The translations under genes and the position numbers were made by a program. 64,000 bases of DNA from Selaginella moellendorffii (lineage: Eukaryota; Plantae; Lycopodiophyta). Under the pieces are notes generated by a model, which was given only the letters and a program-made list of their open reading frames with translations, did not search any database and was not told the origin of the DNA. Every line of letters starts with the position of its first letter. The stretch's first letter is position 1. Positions 10,526 to 21,784 of the stretch are shown here, piece by piece. The stretch covers positions 514,574-578,573 of the forward strand of contig NW_003314345.1 in NCBI RefSeq assembly GCF_000143415.4. The letters run 5' to 3'.

Positions 10526-11675
10526 ATGCAGGAGATGGAGCTGCTTGAGAGCTGGCTCCAGAAAACTCGAGGTAAAGGTCTTGAGATAGATATAGAGTTC
10601 TTTGAGTTGTACAGTTTTTGGAGTTTTAGATTGTCTATGATCCTGCCAGGAGGTATGAAGAGCTCACCAAGGAGCTCCAAAGCTCGGGTGGTTTTGTTCA
10701 AAATCTTGCATTATTTTTGTATGTATAATTTTCCCAAAGTTTTCTTCTTGGATAGAGCTAAAGAACTTTATAACCAGATCAATGTTTTCTTGGGAATCAC
10801 AAGCAAGAGACCTGATGGCTACCACAATTTAACATCTCTCTTTCATGTAAGCTTCTAGGTTTTTTTTCTTGTTCTAGTTTCTTGATTAGCCGGGGAGATA
10901 CTTTAAAGTTTTCAGTCTCTCCTTCTAAAAAGAAAGACTCACTTACAACAAATGTGTTTGGAATCCCACTTGACAACTCAAACTTGGTAAAACTATCCAT
11001 TCATTTGTTTCTGAGGATTTATAAAACATTTGTGTGATTCTTTTGCAAGGTGATCAAAGCTCTAAATCTTTATAGAAAGAAGACCAGGAGTGACACATAC
11101 TTCTGGGTAAACTCTTAATAAACTTTCCTCGATCAAAGCATAAACTGTTCTTATCATATAAAAAGATAGTTCTAAAGAGTGAAAGTAGCTACATAACACT
11201 TGCAGTTTTTCTTCTTAACATTCACTTGGACAAAAGAGTTTTAAGTGGTGCTAGCCTTGGAGGTGGCAGTGGTAATGCCACCATTGCTCTCTAGGCTGCA
11301 AACCAGATAAATGGAAATCTTGCTAGCAAAGTGGATCTACAAGAATGGTCTGCGGAGATTGGCTCTAATATTCCTTTCATTTTCTTGCATGGAGCAGCTT
11401 GTTGCACTGGCCGTGAAGAGGTAAAATTAGATAAAAGATTAATTTTTTGCTTGACAGGACAGATGACAAGTGCAGTCACGGTCAACACATTTGCATGTGA
11501 CACATGTCACAACTCCTTCTTCTCTCACCCCATGCAGTTTGGTCACCTGGGAGCAAACATTAGCATGATTATTCATTAAGACATGGTTAAAGAAATAACC
11601 CTTTTATAGTTACCCCCATCGATGGCTGCCATTGGCTGGATCTGACAGCCTAGAAAGTTCAGCACTATTATGATA
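10526..11675 (+). pseudogene. ISPE: ISPE/CMK gene fragment, copy 2 (direct repeat of 3970-5002 plus one more upstream exon)
   Basis: INVFLGITSKRPDGYHNLTSLFH, DLQEWSAEIGSNIPFIFLHGAACCTGREE. Collinear with copy 1 up to gaaagttcagcactattatgata. Confidence 0.85.
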
Positions 11676-12249
11676 TTCTAAATTGAATCAAATATAGATT
11701 TTAGCAGGGAGTGAAGATTTGCCTCTTTTAGGATGCATCCACCTCATTGCTGCTGATTCTGACTTTTATGAATGCTAGTTAACACGTTGAAGTCTAGAAG
11801 TGTGCCTTGCATTTACTATCAATGAGTGATTTTTGGATAGATGCAACATGTATATATACATTACTCAATGTCCCTTAGAGATTAATACAAAAAGGATTGC
11901 TACTCTTAACAATACCATCTTGTTATCTCCTACCTAATGGTGATTGCTGCATTCCAACAGGGGCTGTTGTGGTTGTCTCCTCAAAGCATCCAATGCCAAA
12001 TTGGCTTGTTTTGCCTCATTTACTATAGTGTATGGTGGTTTCCATTTTCATTTGATACTTCCCTCATATTCCCCTCCATAGCAAAGGCTCCATTGTCATT
12101 GCCAAGCTTCTAGTGCCTCTCTTTTTCCAAATTCCTGGAGCAGCATGTCCCTGAGATAGACAGCCACCAATGTGAGCCTCCACCAGTTCACCCTGATTGC
12201 CAATATTGGAACATTCTGTCCCTTGAAGTGACTGTGGTTCCAAGTGAAT

Positions 12250-13200
12250 TTTGGATAGAATCCCAACATGGTGTCATGGACCTATAGAATGTGTAAAAGT
12301 TTTCTTGATTTGAATGCCTGTTAAGTAGCTTGATCTCATTGAACATGGTGCTTTCTATGATTGTTGGAGGTTCAAACTATGGACATAGGTTGAGACCAGT
12401 GTGATAAAAAGCTGCAGCATTGCTGATGATCGAGTTTGCCATCTCTTGGATGCACAAGTAAATTGATCAATCTCACATGTTTTCGAGGTCCAAAAGAGAC
12501 GCACTCTTGTTGGAGAGAATGCTTGCTAGATACTGCAGGAAAACATATGACACAACCCAAATCTTTAACAAGTTGCCCCAACAGAGCATTCTCTCCATGA
12601 CTGCCCACATATGCCCATTTAGGACATATTGATCATGGAAAACAAACGTTTGATTCCATTTCGTGCTTGATCTTGAATGCTGGCAGCTTTTGGCCAGAAG
12701 AACTTTGAAGGGGAAAAAGCTAATTTTTGGCCTGGCAAGAAGAGCATATGTATGAAACAAAGGCTCTTTTTCATCAAGCGACCCAAATCTTTATCAAGAT
12801 GCCACAGCGGAGCCTCACGATTGCAACGTGAATGGTTGTTGGTGTTGAAACTCGTCCAGGTGGTGGGAGAAACTCGTTCTAGGTTGAGACAGAGTGGACA
12901 AAGTTGGATCATGCGAGGAGCTACTGATGGTGGACAGCAGCAAAAGCCTTGCTTTCTTATTGAAACAAATTATGTGTTTGCAATAAAGATTAACCAGCAT
13001 GGCTCATGTATACGCAAAGTCTGGAAGCATGGAGGACATTGCAAGTTTTATCTAAGATGAAGCAGACTTCCATGATCTCAACTTAACAGGAGAACCAAGC
13101 AAGCTCCAATGCTCCAGCTTGACAAAGTGCCAGAAGGAGAGCAAAGAATGAACAAGATCTTTTCAAAAGGAAATTGGAAACAACTGCTTCATAAAAGAAG
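12250..13200 (+). pseudogene. Decayed PLS-class PPR gene
   Basis: Fragments PNMVSWT, QIFNKLPQQSILS, YAHLGHIDHGKQTFDSI, QIFIKMPQRSL, VYAKSGSMED in shifting frames. Boundaries approximate. Confidence 0.6.
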
Positions 13201-13344
13201 AGAGAAACACTAGCTATATACTAGCTACATCCAAAATTTTCTCCTGAAATTTGCCGCTGAATGTGGCCCTTGATCTCCATGATTCAGGACACTTATCACA
13301 CCTTAGATTTCGGCTCCAACTAAAGCCAAAGGTGTGACTGCTAC

Positions 13345-16300
13345 TGTTACCTCCTCCTCAGTCAAGGCTTGGCCACGACTCCAATAGAATTCTTGTGTTC
13401 CACAAATAGAACTTTAGCCAAAAGTTTTGTAAAGATGTCAACAAGTTGTTGTCAAAAAGAAACATGTTGAACCGTTAGCAAACCTGTGTGTACTAAATCC
13501 TTGACATAGTGATAGTGTTTGGCAACATGTCAAGACTTCCAATGTTGCATTTCACTAGCTCCCTTGTTATCAACATGGAGAGTAATTGGTGTGGAGGATT
13601 GCCCAAGAGCTCCAAGAAATTCTTGAAACCAAAGAATTTCCCTAGAAGCAGCTGAGGCAACAAGATACTCTGCTTCTGTGGAAGAAAGAGCAATGTGAGT
13701 TTGTTTCTTGTTAGCCCAAAGAACAAGACTTGTTCCAAGCTGGAAGCAAAACCCTTATTGTGGATTTTTGGCTATCTCTATCATCTGACAAGCTGCTGTC
13801 GCTATAAGTAACAAGAGAAAAACCACCACGTGAGCCAATAGTCCAAAAGCAAGAGTTTTCTTTACATAATGCATCACAAATTTGGCCATATCCCAATGTT
13901 TCTTGCCAAGATTAGCAGAAAATTGGCTAAAAGCAATGACAACATAAGCTAAATCTGGACAGTTGCACACCATAGCATACATTAGACTCCCAAACAAATT
14001 TTGAAATGGTACATTTGCCATAACTTGATCCTCTTCCTTGTTGGAAGGACACTTAGCTTTTGTCAAGAACTTGATGTTACTAGGCTCCATGGGCAAATGA
14101 GAAGGATTGCAATCAATATATTCATAACTCTCAAATACCTTTATTAAATATTGTTGTTGAGAAATGTGAAGGGACTTTATTTTCCTGTCACGATGAATCT
14201 CAAGACCAAGAAAATATCAAGGTTTTCCAAGGTCCTACATTGCAAAAGCTGTTCCAAGCTTAGCCTTGAAGATACTTGTAGTCATTGCTAATCAAGAGTG
14301 AGTCATCAATATAGAGAGCAACAATAAGTAAAGACTCCCCTTCTTGCTTGATGTAGATGTTGGATTCAGAAGTGATGGGAGAAAATCTTTCAGCTTTGAA
14401 GAAAGCATCGATTTTCTGCCACCATGCTCTCAAGGCTTGCTTAAGGCCATAAAGAGCTTTTCTGAGTTTCCATACGAGATGTTGCTTCCCAAGCTAGGTG
14501 TTGCCATCTGGCTGTTGAATGTAGACATCTTCTTGCAAGTCTCCATTCAGGAAAGTAGTCTTGATGTCAGTGTGATGAATCTCAAGATCAAAGTAAGCAG
14601 CAAAAGCAAGCAAAATTTGAACACTTGTCATTTTTACCACTGGAGAATATGTCTCGAGATAATCCATGCCATATTGTTGTTTGTAGCCTTATGCAATAAA
14701 CCAAGCTTTGTGACAGTTGATAAAACCATCGGGGTTGAGTTTCATTTTGTAGACTCATCGACTACCAAAAGTTGTAGCTCCAACTGGAAGAACCATTTCA
14801 TCAAAAGTGTGTATACGAGTGATGGACTCAATTTCTTGGTCCATTGCTCACTTTCAATGACTTGCATTTGGACTAGCCATAGCTTCCAGGAATGAGGAAG
14901 GCTTGAGTGTACATACGGTTGCACAAAACTCTAACAAATCAAAGGCAATAGCATAAGAGTATTCAATATTTTCAAGAGCCTTTCTACTTGGAATTTTCAC
15001 CCTTTTTCCTCGTCCAAGTGGCTCAAGAGTAGCCTTGTTGAATGCTGGAGATGCCATCAAAGTCAAAATAATGTCAGATCTTGGAGGAGAAAGTTAAGCT
15101 AGGACTTTGATGATTGCATCAATTCCTCCCTATGCAAGTGCTTCTTCGTGTTGAGCATCATCCCAAAACTTAGCATCAAGAATAGCATCATTCCAAAACG
15201 AAGAATTTAGAAAATTCACAAAATCAAGATCAAGAATAGAAAAGGATTGAGAGAAAAAAAAGGGTTTCCTCAAAAAATATCACTTCTTCTTGCCTACAAA
15301 TGTGAACCGTGGCTATCACAGGATCCATCAATCTGTAAGCATGAGAACTAGAATCAGATATACCAACAAACATGAGCTTTTCCCCAATCGGACCAAACTT
15401 GGTGCATAGCTCTTATGGAACATGCTAATATGCCATGCATCCAAAAATCCGTACATGTGCCACGTCAAGCTTGCTATGCGTAAAGCATTCTTCCGGAGTT
15501 ATCTCCTTAACTGCCACAGTAGGTTGATGGTTAAAGAGAAATAGCATACCTAACTGCCTCTACCCAAAACTTTTAGGGAGCATGAGATTGAGCTAGAAGG
15601 CATTGTGTTGTGTCCACAATGGTGTGATTCTTGCACTCTGCCACCCCATTATGCTAAGCTATGTATGGTTTGGTGAGCTAATGTTGGATTCCAGGTTGGG
15701 AACAAATGCTATTAAAAGCATTGTTCACAAATTCACTGCCATTGTCCATGCGTAGCTTCTTGATTTGACAACTAGTTTGGTTTTCTACCAAGGCTTTCCA
15801 ATCTACAAAAAAATCCAAGATCTTAGATTTCTTCTTTAGAAAATAAACCTAAGTCTTGCGACTAAGATCATCTATGAAAGTCAGGAAATACTTAGCCTTC
15901 TTGAAAGATGGAACTTGTACTGGACCACAAACATCAGCATGGACAAGCTCAAACAAATTGCTTGCTCAACTTCCAATCATTTTAAAATGCTGACGATGGT
16001 GCCTTCCAAATGCATATGCTTCACATGGAGCAAGAGTTAGCTCATTAGATACATCCAAACTATTTACCGTGGAAATCTTAGACAATGAGCAATGGCCAAA
16101 TTGCTTATGCCATAGATCACATGTGCCTTTACCAATAGAGGCAAGAATCAAAGAGCTAGTTATGAATTTTCTTCCCTAGGAGCTATAGCAACCACATCAT
16201 GAGTTTGTGCATTTTGAATGACATAAACTTAATGATCAAAACACCCCATATCAGCAATCTTAGTAATAGATAGCAAATCTTTGCAAAGAGTAGGAACATA

Positions 16301-16550
16301 TATTACCCTAGTCAGAGTTAAGTTGCCATGAGATGTCTGGATGTTGATGTCACCAATGCCATGAGCACCATGCTCACTATTGTCTCCTAGTTGCACAGCA
16401 TGCTGGCCAAGACAATTTCTATACTTGACAAAATGATCTTTGTGCCAAGATAGGTGAGTAGTAGCTCCAAAATCAATCACAAAAGAGTTAGTTACCATGG
16501 CATTGTTGCAAAGCTCAGTTTTGACTTCAGCAACACAAGCTTCATCCAAA
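13345..16550 (-). mobile_element. Decayed Ty1/copia retrotransposon (protease-integrase-RT-RNase H, gag missing)
   Basis: Copia domain order: FVIDFGATTHL (protease), LWHKQFGH (GAG-pre-integrase), LVHADVCGP...YFLTFIDD (integrase), FGSLMYAMVCNCPDLAYVV (RT), DIFTK (RNase H end), then purine tract GAGGAGGAGG at ~13350-13360. Many stops. Confidence 0.9.
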
Positions 16551-16552
16551 AG

Positions 16553-17388
16553 TCATCCATAGTGAGCCATAAGTTTTGAAGATTTGAAATCCTCCAGCTG
16601 TTGTTGAAGGTGTTTCATCTTCAACCTACATCCAGACTCCTTGTAACAGTATGACATGACCTCCCACTTCTCTCCCCTCCTCTCAGAGATGATCAGTCCC
16701 TCACTAAAGTTTTCAATTACCAACAAAAGCCGGTCCTGATCCAGCTGAAGGTAGCACCACCTATAAAATACCAGATCCAGCTTCTTGGCATCAACCTGAA
16801 AATCTTGCCAGGAACCATCCCACAGGTTGTATTTTGCAATCTTCTGGGGACCTGTGCAAAACACCACCACTTCACCATGATCCCGCATCGTATAAAAGGC
16901 CTTCTCATTGATATATGAGAGGGAAGGCGCGTTGAAGTTAGCAGCGATGCAGAACTCTCGCGTTAATCGATCCCTCTCGCTGTTGTACACCACCATGCGC
17001 ATTCTATTGTTGGTCACTGGCGGCAAAGGAACTCTCACCGGGGAGGAGTTGAGATGAGGATGGCCGCTTGAAGTACTCAAACGTGGCCAGGCACAGCAAG
17101 CCGGCGTCGCTGCTGGCGATCATCATGCCCTTTGGGAGCGTCTGGAAGTGGTGCCACTTGTTACGCGGGGAATTCTCGACTGGCTTGACAAAGAGAGAAC
17201 CAGAGGCGACATGGAGGAGCGAGTGTACCCTTCTCATCCATCCAGCCTCCAAGCTCCACGGTAGAAAATTCCCGAATTCCTGATCATTGCCACTCACGGC
17301 ACATACAGCTCACGTGGCACAGATCGATTGCAGATAGCCTGAAGAAGACAAGCTCCAAGAATTCGCCGCTGGCAATCCTTTGCGACAT
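16553..17388 (-). pseudogene. F-box protein pseudogene A
   Basis: MSQRIASGEFLELVFFRLSAIDLCHVSCMCREW (F-box) then a stop and frameshift. The downstream propeller-like region is paralogous to 18647-19570 and 30096-30575, and its 3' end abuts the copia. Confidence 0.7.
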
Positions 17389-18646
17389 CATGTGTGCATG
17401 GCTGCTATGCCCTTTATTGACGATAAAAGGTGGAAGAAAAAGAGCGGGCTTATTTGAAATGCTATTAGATCGAATCGAGAATGCGGGCGATCCAATCGAT
17501 CGCGGCGGGCATCGGCAGTTATCGCGCTCCCACTGGCGTCATCGAGGTAAGAAATTTCGCTCTAGTACAGGGTTTTCAATCTCGTTTTCTTTCAAATTCC
17601 AGGAATTTCGTCGGCGTTGCAGCAGGCGCAGCGATTCCGGGCGTCGGTATTGTGCTTGCTGCATTGTTGATAGCGTGCAGAAACTCGCGAGACCTCCAGA
17701 CAGGTGAGCGAGTCTTGCCCAGCGAGCGAATTACTAATGTTCAAACAGCGTGTCTCTGCTGCTGCATATGTACGCAGAGTGTGGAAGCATGGAGGATGCG
17801 TTGCATCACAGACTGGGGAAGAGGAGTTTGCTCTTGTAATCGGCAGGGTGTGTGGCGGATCGTGTGACTGGCAACTTTAAGAACTTGCTCTACCTTGACG
17901 GTGGCAGGGGCATCAAAAGAAGCACTGGGAACTGCTGAGAAAGAAAAGCTCGTAAGGTTCAGGCACAAGTGTCTCGAAAGAGGAGCGCGCATCCATTCTT
18001 AAGCTGGAACGCTGGACCTTGCACTGGCAAACTCTCTGATCGATCTCTACGCGGAGAGTCTGCGTGAAAGTGGGCTCGTCGCATCGCTCGTCCAGCATGC
18101 GCAAGGCCACCGCTATGTGGCCGTGAGTGATCCGCGAGCCTCCAGAGCGTGGGGAAGGCGCCGTGTCTTTGGAACTCTACAGACAGACGTCACAGGCTGT
18201 GCTCCAGAGGCGGGAACTTTTTGAAAGCTTGCTCCAGCTTCGGAGTCCGGGAGACCAATCCCCTCTGTGCCGCATTTTGCGAAGAAGCAAACTGCGTATT
18301 TAGCTGCCTAACCTCACAAATTCAAACAGGTTAAGTACTAGCTACGCAGTCACTCCTCTTAACTCCTTGATCCATCGCGCCTTGACCGTTAATGCCCGTA
18401 TCTGAATCCTCAAATCCCTGCCACCCATCCATCTTGAGCTCCCAAGTATACCTCCGCTTCATGAGCTTGGTGAGATCTGGAAGATTGGGCGAGAGATAGG
18501 GGCGGAATAGTTACATCGCTATATTCCGTCAAACATGCGTGGTGGCAATAATAGTTGGTTTCAGGCGTGCTCTATCTTCTTAGAGATGGAAAAAACTCTG
18601 GATGGAAAAGCAGTGAAGATCAACATAAAAAAAAAAAACAAGCTTA

Positions 18647-19570
18647 TTAACAAGAGAACCAAGCAAGCTCTGGTAGTCCTCGAGCTTCCCTCAAAGCATC
18701 GGGCGCATCCACCTCTGACCAGCTCTTGGAATCGACTCCATAGCGCACAATACACGACTTGGACACCAGCCATATACTGTTCTTCCCATCAGTGCATGTT
18801 AAGTTATCCCGCACCAACGGATCATGAAACTCCTCGTCAGTGCTTGACAGATCATGAAACTCGTCGCCAGCGCTTGACAGATCATTAAACGCCTCACCAG
18901 CATCATGACACTCCTCGCCAGCGCTTCACAGATCATTAAACTCCTCACCAGCGTCATGAAACTCCTCGCCAGCATATGACACAATCTCCTTGCCTCTCAG
19001 CGACGATCAGTCTCTCAAAATTTTCGGTCACCAGCAGAAGCCGGTCCGGACCCAGCTGAAGGTAGCACCAGTTACAAGCTTTCGCCAGCTTGCTGCCATC
19101 AACCCAAAAAATTTGCCAGGAACCAAAGGTTGTATGTAGCAATCCTTGAGGGCCTCGTGCAAAGCACCACCACCTGACCGTGATCCAGCACCGGATAGAA
19201 GGCTTTTCTGTCCATCCTACACCATCCTTCTTTATCTGGGCATTCTTTGCACCTAAACCACTCGCCCCAAGCCGAGTCGTAGCTGTATATCAAGAGCAAA
19301 CGCCTGTCGAAGCTAGCGGCATAGAACTCTCGCGTTGATCGATCCCTCTCACGGCTGTACACCACCAGGCGTGTTCCATTGCCGGTCACTGGTGGCAAAG
19401 GAACTCTCACCGGGGAGGAGTTGAGGTCGCTTGACACGGAGGCAGAGGTGAGGCATGCAGTGGTGGGAGCGCACGTACTGTTTGCGGAAGCTGGGATTAT
19501 CGACTGTTCGTTGCCACTCATGGCTCACGCACCTCGCTTAGCACAAATATGTTGCAGACTCCAACTCCGT
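18647..19570 (-). pseudogene. F-box protein pseudogene B with internal acidic minisatellite
   Basis: LC*ARCVSHEWQRTVDNPSFRKQY (F-box tail). LNSSPVRVPLPPVT...YSRERDRSTREF and WCYLQLGPDRLLLV are shared with copy A. Several frameshifts. Confidence 0.7.
18820..18974. repeat. Minisatellite of 30-nt and 21-nt units (gatcatgaaactcctcgccagcgcttgaca)
   Basis: About six imperfect units with lengths that are multiples of 3. The minus frame reads AGEEFHD AGEEFNDL*S AGEECHD AGEAFNDLSS AGDEFHDLSS TDEEFHD. Confidence 0.85.
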
Positions 19571-19829
19571 TTCTCGTTTGCCTGTACTATCTTTTTATAC
19601 TCAATAATTAACCTAAAGTTGGTAAAAACCCACCAAATAAATATCTTTTTAAAAACCTAGGTGGAAAGTGGAAAGTTCAAGAACGGGCCCAAAGGAGTTT
19701 CGTCGATTTATGACGCGTTGTGTGTTTGCCGCATTGACAAACTTGCGAGACCTCCAGAGTCCATGAAGCATCGGAGAAAGAGTAAGAAAATGCAGTATCT
19801 AGGAAGTGAGGGCGCCCTTGTTGGATAAC

Positions 19830-19960
19830 TGGGATGTCGTTTCGTGGACTTCCATAATCTCGGGCTACGCATGGCGTTCTTCACACGCATGCAAGAAGAA
19901 GGTTGTGAGCCGGATCGTGTAACGGTTAAGGCATGTTCTAGCTGTGCAGAGAGGGAAGAA
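19830..19960 (+). pseudogene. Short PPR relic
   Basis: AFFTRMQEEGCEPDRVT.KACSS is a PPR L-motif-like fragment. Confidence 0.5.
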
Positions 19961-20248
19961 GCTTGATCGATCCAGGAATATCGTGTTAACTTACAAGAAG
20001 CAATCACTTATCACTCTTGATACTTGCGGATCACGGAGAAGAAGAAGAAGAGAGAGCTGAATAGTATTAAAACAGAAACAGAGATTTCCAATCCATCAAA
20101 CAGGTTTGAAGAGATTTTCTCATGAAGCCATTGCGTGGCTAACTGCGATCAAACGAACAGGTCTTGCGATGACGATGAAGGAATCCGGATCCAAGAGTAC
20201 GTGCAGAGAAACAACTACAATGTCAAGCAAAGAATTTTAGTATTGGAT

Positions 20249-21784
20249 CTAGCTGGGAGCGGCCATCCTCCTCAGCGTGCAAGCCACAAAGTTACTGGGA
20301 CCAGTAAGAAACGAGAACCTCGTCTTGGCATGAGACGATGTAGCAGGACCTCGAGCAGCCAGCGCTGGAGGACCTCCTCGCCTCCTCTCCAAATCCATGC
20401 CCGCCGCCACCGCCACCGGCGAGTCCACCACCACCACCACCGCCTCGCGGGCGCTCTGGAGCATCGAAGCCCCGGGAGCCGACACCCTGCGGCACTTCTT
20501 GATCTTCACCTTGACGAGACTCGGGCATCCGGCGGCGATGGCCTCGAGCCCCACGTCGGAGATCGGGCAGCTCTTGATGCACAGCTTCTTGAGCTCGCGG
20601 CAGCGAAGCACCGCGCACGACAGCTCCGCGTCGCCAAAGCTCTCGCTGTTGCAAATCGCCAGGCGCTCCAGCCCGAGCGCGAGGCTGGCGGATCTCACGT
20701 TGAGCCGGATCAACACCAGCTCCTGGAGCTCGGGGCACCGCTGCCCGATCGCCGCCAGCCCCTCGTCGCCAATCCGGCCCACGAAGCAGCCATCGAGATG
20801 GAGCTTGCGGAGGCTCCGGCAGCCGTGAGCCAGCGCCGAGAGCCCCGCGTTAGTGCACTGGGGACACTTGACCACGTAGAGAACCTCGAGAGCTTTGCAT
20901 GCCGCGGAGATGGCGGCCAGGCCAGCGTCACCTACGTGGATCTTCTCCATCCGCAGCTCCGTGAGGCGGCGAGGAATGGCGGCCAGGAGCTCGTCCCAGT
21001 CGCCCGAGAGCCTGGCGAGGACGAGGCTGTGGAGCTGCGTGGATCCGGCGATGAGCGGCTGGAAGACGTGGGCGTTGGCGAGATCCTTGAGGCAGAGGCG
21101 GCGGAGCTTGCCAGCGCCGGCGCGCACGGATGCGTCGGGCTCCTGGAAGAGATTCTTGAGCCTCTTCACCGAGAGATCCTTGAGAAGCTCGCAGTTGGCG
21201 AGGATGGCGTCGAGCCCGCGAGCCCCAAATCCGCAAGAGCCGCACGAGAGCTTGCGCAGCGACGGGCAGAGCTTGGAGAAATCCTCCAGCCCCTGGTCGG
21301 TGATTTGCTTGCAGCCCTTGAGCTTGAGCCTCTCCAGCTGGGGCGCGTATCTCCCCACCAGCAGCAATCCGCCATCGTCGATGCTGGCCGAGCTTCGATC
21401 GCATCTCAGGGCGAGCTTGGTGATGTGCTTGAAGCGGTGGAGCAGATCTGGGAGATTGGGCGAGAGATTGGCGTTAGCCGAGAGGAGAAGGAGCTGCCGC
21501 GACTGCGCCTCTGCCCTAAACCATCTCTGGCAAACCAGCGAGCAGCTCCTGCGATCCTTGAGCGGCAGCTTCTCGAGCACCAGCTCCAGGCAATCGTCGG
21601 TGAGGCGAGTGGTGAGATCTGTGGCTTCTTCTAGCCAAAAAAATCTCTCACTAGAGCTACCAGATTCCGGGGCAACCGAGCAAAGAGTGATGGATTCGGC
21701 AGCTGGAGCGCTGATTTCCTCGCTGCCCCTGGCGATCTGAAGATCGGCTTCCCGTCGGGCATGGATCGATTGTGCACCCCCCAT
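20249..21784 (-). CDS. F-box/LRR protein, VFB/SKIP2-like (511 aa, single exon)
   Basis: LTDDCLELVLEKLPLKDRRSCSLVCQRW F-box, RFKHITKLALRCDRSSASIDD, KLSCGSCGFGARG and LKKLCIKSCPISDVG are diagnostic of VIER F-BOX proteins. N-terminal MG...S. Confidence 0.92.
   Translation of the reverse strand: MGGAQSIHARREADLQIARGSEEISAPAAESITLCSVAPESGSSSERFFWLEEATDLTTRLTDDCLELVLEKLPLKDRRSCSLVCQRWFRAEAQSRQLLLLSANANLSPNLPDLLHRFKHITKLALRCDRSSASIDDGGLLLVGRYAPQLERLKLKGCKQITDQGLEDFSKLCPSLRKLSCGSCGFGARGLDAILANCELLKDLSVKRLKNLFQEPDASVRAGAGKLRRLCLKDLANAHVFQPLIAGSTQLHSLVLARLSGDWDELLAAIPRRLTELRMEKIHVGDAGLAAISAACKALEVLYVVKCPQCTNAGLSALAHGCRSLRKLHLDGCFVGRIGDEGLAAIGQRCPELQELVLIRLNVRSASLALGLERLAICNSESFGDAELSCAVLRCRELKKLCIKSCPISDVGLEAIAAGCPSLVKVKIKKCRRVSAPGASMLQSAREAVVVVVDSPVAVAAGMDLERRRGGPPALAARGPATSSHAKTRFSFLTGPSNFVACTLRRMAAPS

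Noticed and set aside
13345-16550. Copia element as the helper of the 5S TRIM
   Set aside because: It shares no LTR, PBS-flank or internal sequence with the TRIM. The physical link seen here is to gypsy sequence.
17460-18500. Coding-like GC-rich stretch with several short ORFs
   Set aside because: Only a small PPR E-domain-like scrap (ALLIACRNSRDLQTGE) is recognisable, and no coherent gene model could be supported.
20135-21634. 499-aa plus-strand ORF and other overlapping ORFs
   Set aside because: Antisense shadows of the GC-rich VFB F-box/LRR gene, with no recognisable motifs.
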